Part shown: piece after piece, positions 10,904 to 21,700 of the stretch
How the letters are laid out: each line of letters starts with the position of its first letter
How positions within the stretch are numbered: the first letter of the stretch is position 1
Assembly (NCBI GenBank): GCA_963758295.1
Contig: CAVWUU010000003.1
Span: forward strand, 160,001-224,000
Reading direction: 5' to 3'
Source of the DNA: Candidatus Eremiobacteria bacterium
Lineage (GTDB): Bacteria; Vulcanimicrobiota; Vulcanimicrobiia; Vulcanimicrobiales; Vulcanimicrobiaceae
Length of the DNA stretch: 64,000 nucleotides
Program-made: the position numbers and the translations under genes
The notes under the pieces: model-generated
What the model was told of the DNA's origin: nothing
The model's input: the letters and a program-made list of their open reading frames with translations, nothing else
The model's database searches: none

Positions 10904-11248
10904 TCTTTTATTCCGCACGTTTCGACCGCCGAAGGTCTGCGTCTCGCGATGGCAATTAGGGCATAGCATCCGCAGATTCTCTAAGCGGAAGTCGTCCCGA
11001 ACTCCGCTTATGAAGAACGGCGACGCTTGATGTTTATCCGCCACCGCAAGAGGTGAGGAAATGCTCGACGGCATCCCTCGCTCGCGTGTGACAAGCCGCC
11101 CTCGAGCCTTTGCTTGCTTCACGCTTGAGCGTGGAAGCCAAATTTGAGCCGCGGCACTCCCCCAAAGGAATGGCGGTCGTCGTAGCGTCCCCGGATTTCC
11201 CAACCAATCGTATCGCTTCCGGCCCACGAGCTTATTGGAGCCGAACAT
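10892..11248 (-). pseudogene. Decayed HNH endonuclease remnant
   Basis: The C-terminus SGVRDDFRLENLRMLCPNCHRETQTFGGRN matches an HNH tail, but the catalytic His/Asn and the first CxxC are not recognisable. Confidence 0.6.
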
Positions 11249-11389
11249 CCGTTCGTAGTCGTTGCGGGGACGTTACCTCCGAAAAATCGAGCGAGCGTTA
11301 GGCGGTTTGGCCGGGAGCAGTAGAGGAAACGAAACAGGCGTCGAAAGACGACTCGTCTTTCTCGTTTATCTATTGAAGGAGCGCATTCG

Positions 11390-12469
11390 TTGCAAGCCAT
11401 CGTTCTGGTCGGCGGTGAAGGTACTCGTCTTCGTCCCCTTACGTTTGGGACGCCGAAGCCGATGGTGCCCATCATGGGCGTGCCGTTCTTGGCTCGCACG
11501 ATGGAGCGCTTGCACGACGCGGGGATCCGCGATGTCGTGCTGCCGGCAGGCTATCTGCCGCAAGCCATCATTGACTACTTCGGCGACGGCTCGCAGTTCG
11601 GCATGAAGATCACCTACGTGATCGAGGAAACGCCGCTGGGCACCGCGGGGGCGTTAAAAAACGTCGAGCAATACATCACCGGCCCGTTCTTCGTCCTCAA
11701 CGGCGACGTCCTGACGAGTCTGGATTTGCGAGCAATGATGGACGCGCATGCGGGAAAGGGCGGCATCGGCATGTTGCACCTGATCCGCGTGGAGGATCCG
11801 TCGGCGTTCGGCTGCGTCGTCCATGACCAGAACGGTCGCATCTCGTCATTCGTGGAGAAGCCCGCTAAGGGAACCGAGCCGACGAACGAAGTGAACGCGG
11901 GCACCTATCTCTTCGAACGCGAAGTCCTCGAGATGATTCCGGCCGGCCGCAACGTCTCGATCGAGCGCGAAACCTTCCCGGAAATCATCGCGGCGGGCAA
12001 AGGCCTGTTTGCGTACACGACCGACGATTATTGGATCGATCTCGGTCGTCCGGAGCAGTACCTCAGCGCTCACGAGGACGTGATGTCGGGCCGCATGCCG
12101 CTCAAAATCGAACCCGGAATAAGCGGCGAGGGCGCAGCGGCCGTTCGAGCGGCCAGCGTAACGGAACCCGTGCACGCCGACGCTGGAGTGCAAATCGACC
12201 CGAGCGCGATGCTGGGCCCGAACGTCGTCCTCGGGGCGGGCTGCAGGATCGGGCCGCGCGCCGTAGTTCGCAACTCCGTCTTATGGGACGGCGTGAAAAT
12301 TGAAGCAGGCGCCATCGTCGAAGGCACCATCATCGCGAGCAATACGACCGTTGGGCCCGAGGCCCGGGTTTTCGAAGGCTCGGTAATTGGGCACGACGTC
12401 GTGGTTGCGGCCGGTACGGTCCTGGAGGCCGGAAGCCGCGTTGGCGCGAGCGCTCCCATAACCGGCTAG
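11390..12469 (+). CDS. NDP-sugar pyrophosphorylase (mannose-1-phosphate guanylyltransferase-like)
   Basis: LVGGEGTRLRPLT..PKPM, ETPLGTAG, LNGD, FVEKP, and a C-terminal left-handed beta-helix. Confidence 0.9.
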   Translation: MQAIVLVGGEGTRLRPLTFGTPKPMVPIMGVPFLARTMERLHDAGIRDVVLPAGYLPQAIIDYFGDGSQFGMKITYVIEETPLGTAGALKNVEQYITGPFFVLNGDVLTSLDLRAMMDAHAGKGGIGMLHLIRVEDPSAFGCVVHDQNGRISSFVEKPAKGTEPTNEVNAGTYLFEREVLEMIPAGRNVSIERETFPEIIAAGKGLFAYTTDDYWIDLGRPEQYLSAHEDVMSGRMPLKIEPGISGEGAAAVRAASVTEPVHADAGVQIDPSAMLGPNVVLGAGCRIGPRAVVRNSVLWDGVKIEAGAIVEGTIIASNTTVGPEARVFEGSVIGHDVVVAAGTVLEAGSRVGASAPITG

Positions 12470-12620
12470 AAACCAGGCGGCCCCTTTATGGGTCCTTAAG
12501 GCTAGACGTTTACCGTTAAGGGAGCGCGGGGTAAATCTACCCTGTTGGTACAGGGAGGAGCTTCCTAGATACAGTGAGCTCCTGCTGGTACCGTTTACCC
12601 TTGACAGCTGGAAGTGAGAA

Positions 12621-13839
12621 ATGACCGCAACGATGCCAAGAACCGTCGACACCCTCGCCATGGCGACGGTGCCTCGAGTGCTCTTGCTATCTTCATATCC
12701 TCCGCGGGAGTGCGGGATCGCGACGTTTACGCAAGACGTCGTCACGTCGTTCGATCGCGCCTTCGGAACGAAGAGCGAAGTGATTGCGATCGACGAACCT
12801 GGCGGCGACGCGCGCCGGTATGGCCCAAAACGTCGTCGCGCGCCTCACCGAACAAGACCGCTACAGCTACAAAGAAATGGCGAAATTCATCAACAGCCAT
12901 CCGGCCGAACTGTTGAATATTCAGCACGAATACGGGCTCTTCGGCGGCGAGCGCGGCGAATGGCTGCTCGACCTGCATGGACGAGGTCAAGAAGCCGATC
13001 GTCATTACGCTGCATACCGTTTTGCCGCGAACCAGATGAAACGATGTTGCGCGTAACGCGCGCGCTGTGCCGTCGCGCGACGGCGGTGGTGTCGCTTTCC
13101 GGAACGGGCCGCGATCTGCTCGAAAACGTGTACGGAATCGATCCGGGCCGTCTTCGCTTGATCCATCACGGCGTGCCCGACGTGCCGTTCCAAAGCACGG
13201 AGCGGCGAAAGCGTCGTTCGGCATCGGCCAGCGCATGGTCATTTCGACATTCGGTCTCATCAATCGCGGCAAAGGCCTCGAGTTCGCAATCGAAGCGATG
13301 CAGTCGGTCGTTCGCCGCCATCCCGAAGCGCTGTACCTCATTCTCGGCGAGACGCATCCGGTCGTGCGCCGTCAAGAAGGCGAGTCGTATCGCGAATCTC
13401 TGCAGCAGATGGTGCGCGAGCTCGGACTGCAAAATAACGTGCAGCTGATCGACAAATATCTCGATTTCGACGAACTCGTGACATATCTTGCTCGCGACCG
13501 ACATTTATCTCACGCCGTACCTAAATCCGGTGCAGATCGTCAGCGGAACGCTTGCCTACGCGGTAGGCTGCGGCAAGGCCATCGTTTCGACGCCGTATCT
13601 TTATGCGGAAGAACTGCTCGCGCATAACCGCGGGCTTTTTGTGCAACTTCCGCGACGCGAAATCCATCGCGGAACAGCTCACCATGCTGCTCGACGATCC
13701 GTCGCTGCGCCGCGCGACCGAACGCCGCGCGTACCGTTTCGGACGTCAGATGACGTGGCCGCACGTCTCGGAAGAGTACGGACGCCTATTCCTCGAGCTG
13801 TGCCCGCCGGCCGAGCTGAAGCTCGTTACGTCGGCATAA
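12621..13839 (+). CDS. Glycosyltransferase family 4 (multiple frameshifts)
   Basis: [60 protein letters not shown], across frames. Confidence 0.85.
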
Positions 13840-13848
13840 AGGAAACGA

Positions 13849-14910
13849 ATGGCACAGAAGACGCCCGCGCTCGATCATGTGCTTGCGCTGACCGACGATA
13901 TGCGGCATCATTCAGCACGCCTTCGAGTCGATCCCGAACCGCTCGACGGGCTATTGCACCGACGACGTCGCGCGCGCATTCATTGTTGCGTTAATGCGGC
14001 GCCGCTTGAACCCGCGCGATCAGGACGCATCAAGCGACTCGCGTCCGATCTATTTATCGTTCTTGCACGACGCGCAAATTGGCGACGGACGTTTCCACAA
14101 CTTCATGAGCTACGATCGTAGGTGGCTCGATGACGGTCGGCACGCACGACAGCTGCGGCCGCGCGATTTGGGCGCTCGGTTACGGCGTGCGCTACTCGCC
14201 GACCGAGGCGTGGCGCCGGGTCTGCGCGCAGTTGCTCGACCGCGCGATTGCAGGCGATCGACTGGCTCGATTTCCCGCGTGCCGAAGCCTACGCGATGAT
14301 CGGTTTGGCGCATGCGGCTGTAGCGGAAGCGTCGCCGGGCTATCGCAGCGCGCTCCGCGAGCTGGCGGAACGCTCGCTGCGACGCGTTACGAAGCAGGGA
14401 CGCGCGGACGACTGGATCTGGTTCGAAGACGTGATGACGTACGATAACGCCCGTTTTCCGGAAGCGCTGATTCGCGCCGGCCTCGTGCTGGACGATGCGA
14501 CATTCGTCGACGTCGGGCTGCGAAACGCTGGACTTTTACGAACGCGTCGTATTCGAAGACGGCATCTTCGTTCCGATCGGCAACGACGGCTGGTACCGTC
14601 GCGGCGGCGAGCGCTCTCGCTTCGCTCAACAGCCGCTGGAAGCGGTCTCCATGGTCGATGCGGAGCTCGCAGCGTTCGCTGTCGACCGGCGATCCGGCGC
14701 GTCTTGGATCGCCGCGGAATTGGCCCTCGAATGGTACTACGGAAAGAACAGCTCGCGGCGTCGATGATGGCGAGGGCGGCGGCTGCTACGATGGTCTGGA
14801 AGCCAACGCGCGTGAACCGCAACATGGGCGCGGAATCGACGCTTGCGCATCTCGCCGCGGCATACGCGCTCGCCGAGCATCGCGCAATGGTACTGCGCAT
14901 CGCGCGCTAA
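13849..14910 (+). CDS. GT4-associated (alpha/alpha)-barrel glycosidase-like protein (multiple frameshifts)
   Basis: [66 protein letters not shown]. Confidence 0.75.
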
Positions 14911-14963
14911 CGCTCCCGACTCCGTCCGAGGCAAAATCACCTGCCGCGGCGAAGAATTGCGGG

Positions 14964-17137
14964 ATGATGATCCTGGAGTCCGAGAAACTCAACGACGTAC
15001 AAGCCGCGGCCGTCGAGCAAACCGACGGTCCTGTTTTGATATTTGCCGGTGCCGGCAGCGGAAAGACGCGCGTGCTCACGCACCGCATCGCCTATCTGCT
15101 TGGCGAACTAGGCGTGGCTCCCGGATCGTATTCTCGCGGTAACGTTCACGAACAAAGCCGCCGGCGAAATGAAGTCGCGTCTCGAACGGATGGTCGGCTA
15201 GGTCGCGCGCGACATCTGGGTGGGAACGTTCCACTCGATGTGCGTGCGCATTCTGCGCCGCGACGGCACGAAGCATCGGCATTGCGCCGAGCTTCGCCAT
15301 TATCGATGACGCGGATCAGCGGCAGCTGATCAAAGAGATTCTCGACGACCTGGACTACGACGAACGCCAGCTCGCGCCGGGTGCGTGCCTGCACGAAATC
15401 AGCAAAGCGAAGAACGCGCTGATTTGGCCCGAGCAGTATGTCGAGAAGCAAACGTCGTTCCTGGGCGAGCGCATCGCGAACGTCTACACCGAATATCAGC
15501 GCCGCCTTCACGAGTCCAACAGTCTCGACTTCGACGATCTGATCGTTCGCACGATCGATCTGCTAGAAAAAGACAAGTCGACGCGCGAGAAGTATCAGAA
15601 GCAAGTTCGAGTACGTTCTCGTCGACGAATATCAGGACGTCAATATCGCGCAGTATCGCCTCATTTCGCATGTTGGCTGCGCAAGCATAAGAACATTACG
15701 GTCGTCGGCGACGACGATCAGTCGATCTATTCATGGCGCGGCAGCGATTATCAAGATGATCCTGCGCTTCGAAGAAGATTTTCCGGGCGCGAAGGTTTTT
15801 AAGCTCGAAGAAAATTATCGCTCCACGCAGCGCATTCTCGATGCGGCAAACGCGCTCGTCGAGAACAACAAGACGCGCGCGCCGAAGAAGCTCTTCACGC
15901 GCCGCGCCGAGGGCGAAGGCATCACGGTCTATCCGGCGGCGACGGAGCGCGACGAAGCGCGCTATGTCGTCGAAAAGATCAAGGAGATGGTTCGCGATGG
16001 CGCAGCCTATCGCGATTTCCTCATCCTGTATCGCACGAACGCCCAATCGCGCGTCTTTGAAGAAGCGCTGATCGCCGACGGCATTCCGTACCGCGTCGTC
16101 GGCGGCGTCGGATTCTACGCGCGTGCCGAAATCAAAGACGTCATCGCCTATCTCCGCTACATCGTCAATCCGTCCGACGCGCTTGCGTTCAAGCGCATCG
16201 TGAACGTGCCGCGCCGCGGCATCGGCCAGCAGACGCTTGCGGCATTAGTGCAAGCGGCGAACTCGCGAACGATTTCGGTTGGCGAAGCGATCTTCGATAG
16301 CGACCTCCTTCGCGATGCGGTGCCGAAGAAGCTCAAAGAACTCGAGCGCTTCGCGGAGCTTGATCCGCAACTTCCGCGAAAAGCCCGACGACATGGGCGT
16401 CGCCGATCTCCTCGTCGCCATCATGGAAGAGTCCGGCTACGTTCGCGAACTGCAAGCCGAAGAAACGCACGACGCCCGCGCACGCATTGAGAATTTGCAA
16501 GAACTGATCGGCGTCGCTCGCGAGTACGAAGCGAACGATCCCGAACCGTCGGTTACGGGCTTCCTGGCGAATATCGCGCTCATTAGCGACCTCGATGCGC
16601 TCGACGAAGAGTCCAGCTACGTGACGCTGATGACGATGCACGGCGCCAAGGGCTTCGAATTCGGCCACGTCTTCCTCACCGGACTCGAAGAAGGCGTCTT
16701 CCCGCATAGCCGTGCGCTTACCGACATGACGGAACTCGAAGAAGAGCGCCGTCTGGCCTACGTCGGGCGTTACGCGTGCGATGGACCGGCTGTTTCTGTC
16801 GTACGCGTCTCGCCGCGCGCTCTACGGCAATACGTACGCGTATCCGAAGTCGCGCTTTATCGAAGAGATGCCGGGACTCGAAATCCTCGAGAGCGACAGC
16901 GTTGCGCTGCCGCGTCCGGCCGGCGGCCGCTGGCGCGAAGTGGCAATTCACGAAAGCGCCGGCGCGGGCATGCAGATGGATCTGCAAGACGGCGATCGGG
17001 TGCGTCATCCCAAATGGGGCGAAGGCACGATTCGCGACGTCGTGGGCGCGGGCGGCGACGGCCTGGTAACGATCGACTTCCCCAACGTCGGTCAAAAAAT
17101 GCTCATGCTGAAGTACGCTCCGCTCGAAAAAATCTGA
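14964..17137 (+). CDS. pcrA: UvrD/PcrA superfamily-1 DNA helicase (frameshifts plus an in-frame TAG near 15199, probably errors)
   Basis: [60 protein letters not shown], and a C-terminal Tudor-like VRHPKWGEG. Confidence 0.93.
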
Positions 17138-17141
17138 AGCC

Positions 17142-17841
17142 GTGATTCGCGTTGCCGTGGCCGGTGCGCTGGGCCGAATGGGGCGCATCGCCCGTGCAGC
17201 GTTGCGCGATCTCCCCGACATTTCATATGCCGGGGGCTTTGCGCGCACTTCAGCGCCCGAAGATCAGATCTTCGACGATTTCGAACGGGTCTTAGAACTC
17301 AAGCCCGACGTGCTGCTCGATCTTACGACGCAGCCGGTCAGCTCGGATATTTCTACGCGCGCCGTCGTTCATGGCGTGCGTCCGGTAGTCGGCGCGACCG
17401 GATGGTCTGCCCAAGAGCGCGACGCGCTTTCGACGCTGGCCGCAGAGCGCGGAATCGGCGCAATGATCGTTCCGAACTTTTCGATCGGCGCAATGTTAAT
17501 GATGCGCTTTGCGCAGCAAGCTGCGCGATTCTTTCCCACCGTAGAAATCGTCGAACTGCATCACGATAAAAAACTCGACAAGCCCTCCGGCACGGCGAAA
17601 TTGACGGCCGAGCAAATCGCCGCCGCCGGACCCGTAAAGGACGTGCCCGATTCACAGCGTCCGGTTACGTGGGCTGCTCGCGCATCAAGAGGTGTTTTTC
17701 GGTGCCGACGGCGAGGTGTTGACGATCCGTCACGATACATTGAGTCGCGAATGCTACGTACCCGGCATACTTGCGGCGATCCGCGCCGTAATGCAAACGC
17801 AGGGCCTCGTCGTCGGATTGGATTCGATCTTAGGTGATTGA
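17142..17841 (+). CDS. dapB: 4-hydroxy-tetrahydrodipicolinate reductase (frameshift near 17648)
   Basis: [33 protein letters not shown], then [15 protein letters not shown] in the next frame. Confidence 0.92.
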
Positions 17842-18837
17842 CGTAGCAGTAGTCGGCGCCACGGGGGTCGTCGGCGAAACGATTCTAGCGCGTGCTTGAA
17901 GAGCGGCACGTTCCCATTGCGCACGTGGGCCCGTTTGCGTCTCGTGCACGGCCGACGCGCCGTACGCTTTCGCGGTGAAGCTTTGGATGTAGAAGCTGCC
18001 AGTGCCGACCGGCTGCGCGCCTTCGACGTGGTCTTCTTCGCGAGCGGTGAAGACGCAAGCGAAGTATTCGCGCCGGCACTCGTGCAAAACGGCACGTTCG
18101 TTATCGACAATAGCTCGACGTTTCGCATGCGAGAAGACGTTCCGCTTGTGATTCCCGAGGTGAACGCCGAAGCGGTGCGCCCCGGCCACCGGCTATTCCC
18201 GGTTGCGAATTGCACGGCGATCATCTTATGCACCGCCATGGCGCCCATCGCGCGCGCTGCGGGATTACGGAACATTCGCGTTGCGACGTATCAAGCCGCA
18301 AGCGGTGCCGGCCGGGCCGGGCTCGAGGAGCTCCTGGCCGGTGAACGCGCCGTTGCGACCGGCACCGAAGAGCCGCAACCGCAGGTTTTTCCGCGCGCCC
18401 TCGCGCGAAACGTTGTCCCGCAAGTTGGAAGCTTCGACGAGTCCGGATACACCGGCGAAGAGCGCAAAGTGCGTGAGGAGACGCGCAAGATGCTCGACCT
18501 CCCCGGGCTTCGCGTCAGCGCCACGACCGTCCGTGTTCCCGTCCGTACCGCGCATTCCGAAGTGGTGTGGTTCGAAACGGAGCGCGACACGAACGTCGAG
18601 GATTTAGCCGATGCATTGCAAAGCGCCTCCGGAGTTGTTTTTCATCGGGAAGGTATCGTTACGCCGCGGGACGTCGAAGGTACGGACGAAGTGCACGTCG
18701 CCCGTCTGCGCGCGGAAGAAGACGGATCGAAGCGTCATTTCGTGCTGTGGTGTTCGGGCGACCAGCTGCGCAAAGGCGCAGCCACGAACGCGGTACAGAT
18801 TCTTGAATTACTGCTCGCCCGCGGATTTTTGAAATGA
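17834..18837 (+). CDS. asd: Aspartate-semialdehyde dehydrogenase (frameshifts in the 5' part)
   Basis: [11 protein letters not shown] at the start; [41 protein letters not shown]. Confidence 0.93.
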
Positions 18838-20054
18838 ATGCCACTGCCCGCGTCGCCGTCCTGAAGTTCGGCGGCACCTCCGTCGCGTCGCCGGAACAAC
18901 GGGCGGTTGCGATTGAGCGCATTCGCGATGCCAAAGAAAACGGGTTCGGCGCCGTTGCAGTCGTTTCAGCGATGGGACGAGCTCCGCACGCCTACGCCAC
19001 CGATTCGCTTCTGTTGCTTGCGGGCGCCGGCGACACCGGTGCAAATACCGATCTGCTCCTATCGTGCGGGGAATTGATCGCCGCGGCCGTGTTCGCAAAT
19101 GAGCTGTGCGCGAACGAGATCGAAGCGCGAGCGCTGAGCGGCGCGCAGGCCGGAATCATCACCGATGAAATGCATGGTGACGCCAAAATTTTACGCGTCG
19201 AACCGGCGATGATCCACGAGTTTTTAAACGCCGGGATCGTTCCCGTCGTCGCCGGCTTCCAAGGCGCGACCGCCGACGGTACCGTAACGACTCTGGGGCG
19301 CGGCGGTACGGATCTTTCGGCAATTGCGATCGGACACGCGCTGAGTGCCGAGCGGGTCGACATCTACACCGACGTGAGCGGCGCGATGACGGCGGACCCA
19401 CGGCGCATTCCCGAAGCGCGTACGATCGAAAGCGCTTCGCTGGAAGAAATGTCCGAACTCGCCGAACACGGCGCAAAAGTGATGCATCATAAAGCGGCGG
19501 CGTACGCGGAAGCGCGCCGTACGCCGTATGCAATCAAAGGGCTCGCGACCGACCGCGGAACGCTCGTCGATGAATCGACACGGCATGACCGAGCCGTCAC
19601 GGGCGTCACCGCGACCGGCGTGCTTACGTGGATTCGGGCGATTCGCGGCGACATCGAAAATGCGACGCAACGAATGCAAACGGAGCTCGAAATGTTCCGC
19701 CGCTTGGCCGAGTCCAAGATCTCGATCGATCAAGTTACCATCAATCAGGCCGGCGTTGCGTTCGCCGTGCAAGGCGATCGGGGCAATGACGTGCGTCGTT
19801 TGCTCGGCGACTTGAATCTTGCCGTGCGGGTGCGCGAAGGTTGTTCGAAGCTTTCGATCGTCGGCGCGGGCATGCGCGGGACGCCGGGTGTCGTGCATGA
19901 AATCGTCGCGGCGCTCTCAAGCGCGAACGTCGAAATCATTCACGCAACCGACAGCAACATCACGATTTCGGTGCTGGTACCGGAAAAGGACGTTACGCGC
20001 GCCGAGCGCGCCGTTCACGACCACTTTAACCTAGCAATGGGAGACCAGCCATGA
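18834..20054 (+). CDS. lysC: Aspartate kinase
   Basis: KFGGTSV, VSAMG, TTLGRGGTD, YTDVSG..ADPR, and C-terminal ACT domains. Confidence 0.92.
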   Translation: MNATARVAVLKFGGTSVASPEQRAVAIERIRDAKENGFGAVAVVSAMGRAPHAYATDSLLLLAGAGDTGANTDLLLSCGELIAAAVFANELCANEIEARALSGAQAGIITDEMHGDAKILRVEPAMIHEFLNAGIVPVVAGFQGATADGTVTTLGRGGTDLSAIAIGHALSAERVDIYTDVSGAMTADPRRIPEARTIESASLEEMSELAEHGAKVMHHKAAAYAEARRTPYAIKGLATDRGTLVDESTRHDRAVTGVTATGVLTWIRAIRGDIENATQRMQTELEMFRRLAESKISIDQVTINQAGVAFAVQGDRGNDVRRLLGDLNLAVRVREGCSKLSIVGAGMRGTPGVVHEIVAALSSANVEIIHATDSNITISVLVPEKDVTRAERAVHDHFNLAMGDQP

Positions 20055-20944
20055 AGGCTCTTGGTTCCATCGTCACGGCGATGATCACGCCGTTCGACGA
20101 TCGAGGCGCGCTCGACGTAGTCGAAGCGCAGCGCTTGGCGCGTTGGCTCGTCGATCGCGGAAACGACGGACTTGTGATCGCGGGCTCAACCGGTGAAGGC
20201 ATGACGCTCGATGCGCAAGAGCGCAACGGACTCTTCCGTGCCGTCAAGGAAACCCTCCAAGGGCGCGCCGCGATCATTGCAAACGTCGGAACGAGCGATA
20301 CCCGCACGACCGTTGCCGCTGCGAAAGAAGCGCAAGCCGCCGGCGCGGATGCATTGCTCGTCGTCGTTCCCCCGTACAACAAGCCACCGCAGAGCGGGAT
20401 GCTCGCGCACTTCGGCGCGGTCGCGGATGAAGTGCCGCTGCCGCTCGTGATTTACAACATTCCGGGCCGCACCGGATCGAATATGTTAGCGGAGACGCAA
20501 CTCGAACTCGCACGCCGGTATAAAAACGTTGCGGGCGTGAAAGAATCCAGCGGCGACCTGAACCAGATTGCCGCGATCGTCCGCGATCGAAGCGAGGGAT
20601 TCAGCGTCTGGTCCGGAGACGACTATCTGTTTCTTCCTGCGCTCGCCGTCGGTGTTGACGGCGTGGTCGGCGTGGCATCGCATTTGTGCTCGCCCGAGTA
20701 TCGAAAAATGTTCGAAGTCTATCGCGCCGGCGACACGCGCACCGCAACCCAGATTCACTTGTCGTTGCTTGGCTTGATGAACGCGCTGTTTGCAACGGCC
20801 AATCCCATTCCGGTGAAGTGGGCGATGAATCAACTTGGTTTTAAAGCCGGCATGTGCCGTCCGCCGCTTGACGCGATGCCCGAAGCGATAGCCCAGCGGC
20901 TGCAGCCGCTGATCGCGCCGTATCGAAGCGCCGCGCCGGTCTAA
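20051..20944 (+). CDS. dapA: 4-hydroxy-tetrahydrodipicolinate synthase
   Basis: GSTGE, PPYNKP, YNIPGRTG, GVKESSG, NPIPVK. Confidence 0.95.
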   Translation: MKALGSIVTAMITPFDDRGALDVVEAQRLARWLVDRGNDGLVIAGSTGEGMTLDAQERNGLFRAVKETLQGRAAIIANVGTSDTRTTVAAAKEAQAAGADALLVVVPPYNKPPQSGMLAHFGAVADEVPLPLVIYNIPGRTGSNMLAETQLELARRYKNVAGVKESSGDLNQIAAIVRDRSEGFSVWSGDDYLFLPALAVGVDGVVGVASHLCSPEYRKMFEVYRAGDTRTATQIHLSLLGLMNALFATANPIPVKWAMNQLGFKAGMCRPPLDAMPEAIAQRLQPLIAPYRSAAPV

Positions 20945-21700
20945 ATGACGTCGCTCGAAATACTCGGCTGCCGGCTCGATGCGATCGACGCCACGGAAGC
21001 GACGCGCCGTATCATCCAGTTCGCGCTCAACGGTACGCCGTCGCTAGTGGTCACGCTCGGGACCGAGATGGTCGTTCAAGCGCAAAACGACGAACGGTTT
21101 CGCGCCATCGTGAACGCCTCGGCGTTGAGTTTGTGCGATACGGTTGGCCTGCTCGCCGTTGCGCGACGGCGCGGCGCGAATTTGCACGAACGCGTTACCG
21201 GCGTAGAGCTAATCGAGCACCTTTGCGCGCAGGGCGCTCGCGATGGCGTCCCGGTGTACTTTTTCGGCGGCGCGGAAGGCGTGGCGGCCGACGCAGCGGC
21301 GATTCTCGAAGCGCGTTTCCCCGGACTCAAAGTCGCAGGCACGCGCAACGGATTTTTCCGTCCGGAAGATGTGCCGGCCATTGCGGAAACGATCCGCGCC
21401 ACCGGTGCCAAGTTGCTCTTCGTCGGACTAGGATCGCCGCGTCAGGAGTATTGGCTGGCGGAAAACTTGCAGGCGTCCGGTTGCGCGGTAGGGATCGGCG
21501 TCGGGGGATCATTCGACGTTATTAGCGGACGCGTACAGCGTGCGCCGATGTTCTGGCGCCGTTTCGGGATAGAATGGCTTTATAGGTTAGGCCGGGAGCC
21601 GCACAGATGGCGTAGGCAGCTCGCGCTACCGTACTTTGTTTGGCTTATCGCGCTCGAGCGCTTGGGCCTCAGCGCAAAAAAGGGAAGAACCAGCACGTGA
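20945..21700 (+). CDS. WecB/TagA/CpsF family glycosyltransferase
   Basis: RVTGVEL, VGLGSPRQE, GVGGSFD, RAP, GIEWLYRL..EP.RWRR. Confidence 0.92.
   Translation: MTSLEILGCRLDAIDATEATRRIIQFALNGTPSLVVTLGTEMVVQAQNDERFRAIVNASALSLCDTVGLLAVARRRGANLHERVTGVELIEHLCAQGARDGVPVYFFGGAEGVAADAAAILEARFPGLKVAGTRNGFFRPEDVPAIAETIRATGAKLLFVGLGSPRQEYWLAENLQASGCAVGIGVGGSFDVISGRVQRAPMFWRRFGIEWLYRLGREPHRWRRQLALPYFVWLIALERLGLSAKKGRTST

Noticed and set aside
1800..18000. Dense frameshifts and a premature stop in the MEDS gene, mqo, GT4, pcrA, dapB and asd, read as mass pseudogenisation or programmed frameshifting
   Set aside because: They hit essential genes whose motifs are otherwise intact, cluster in one region and share no slippery motif. 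Low-coverage long-read indel errors explain them best; read mapping would settle it.
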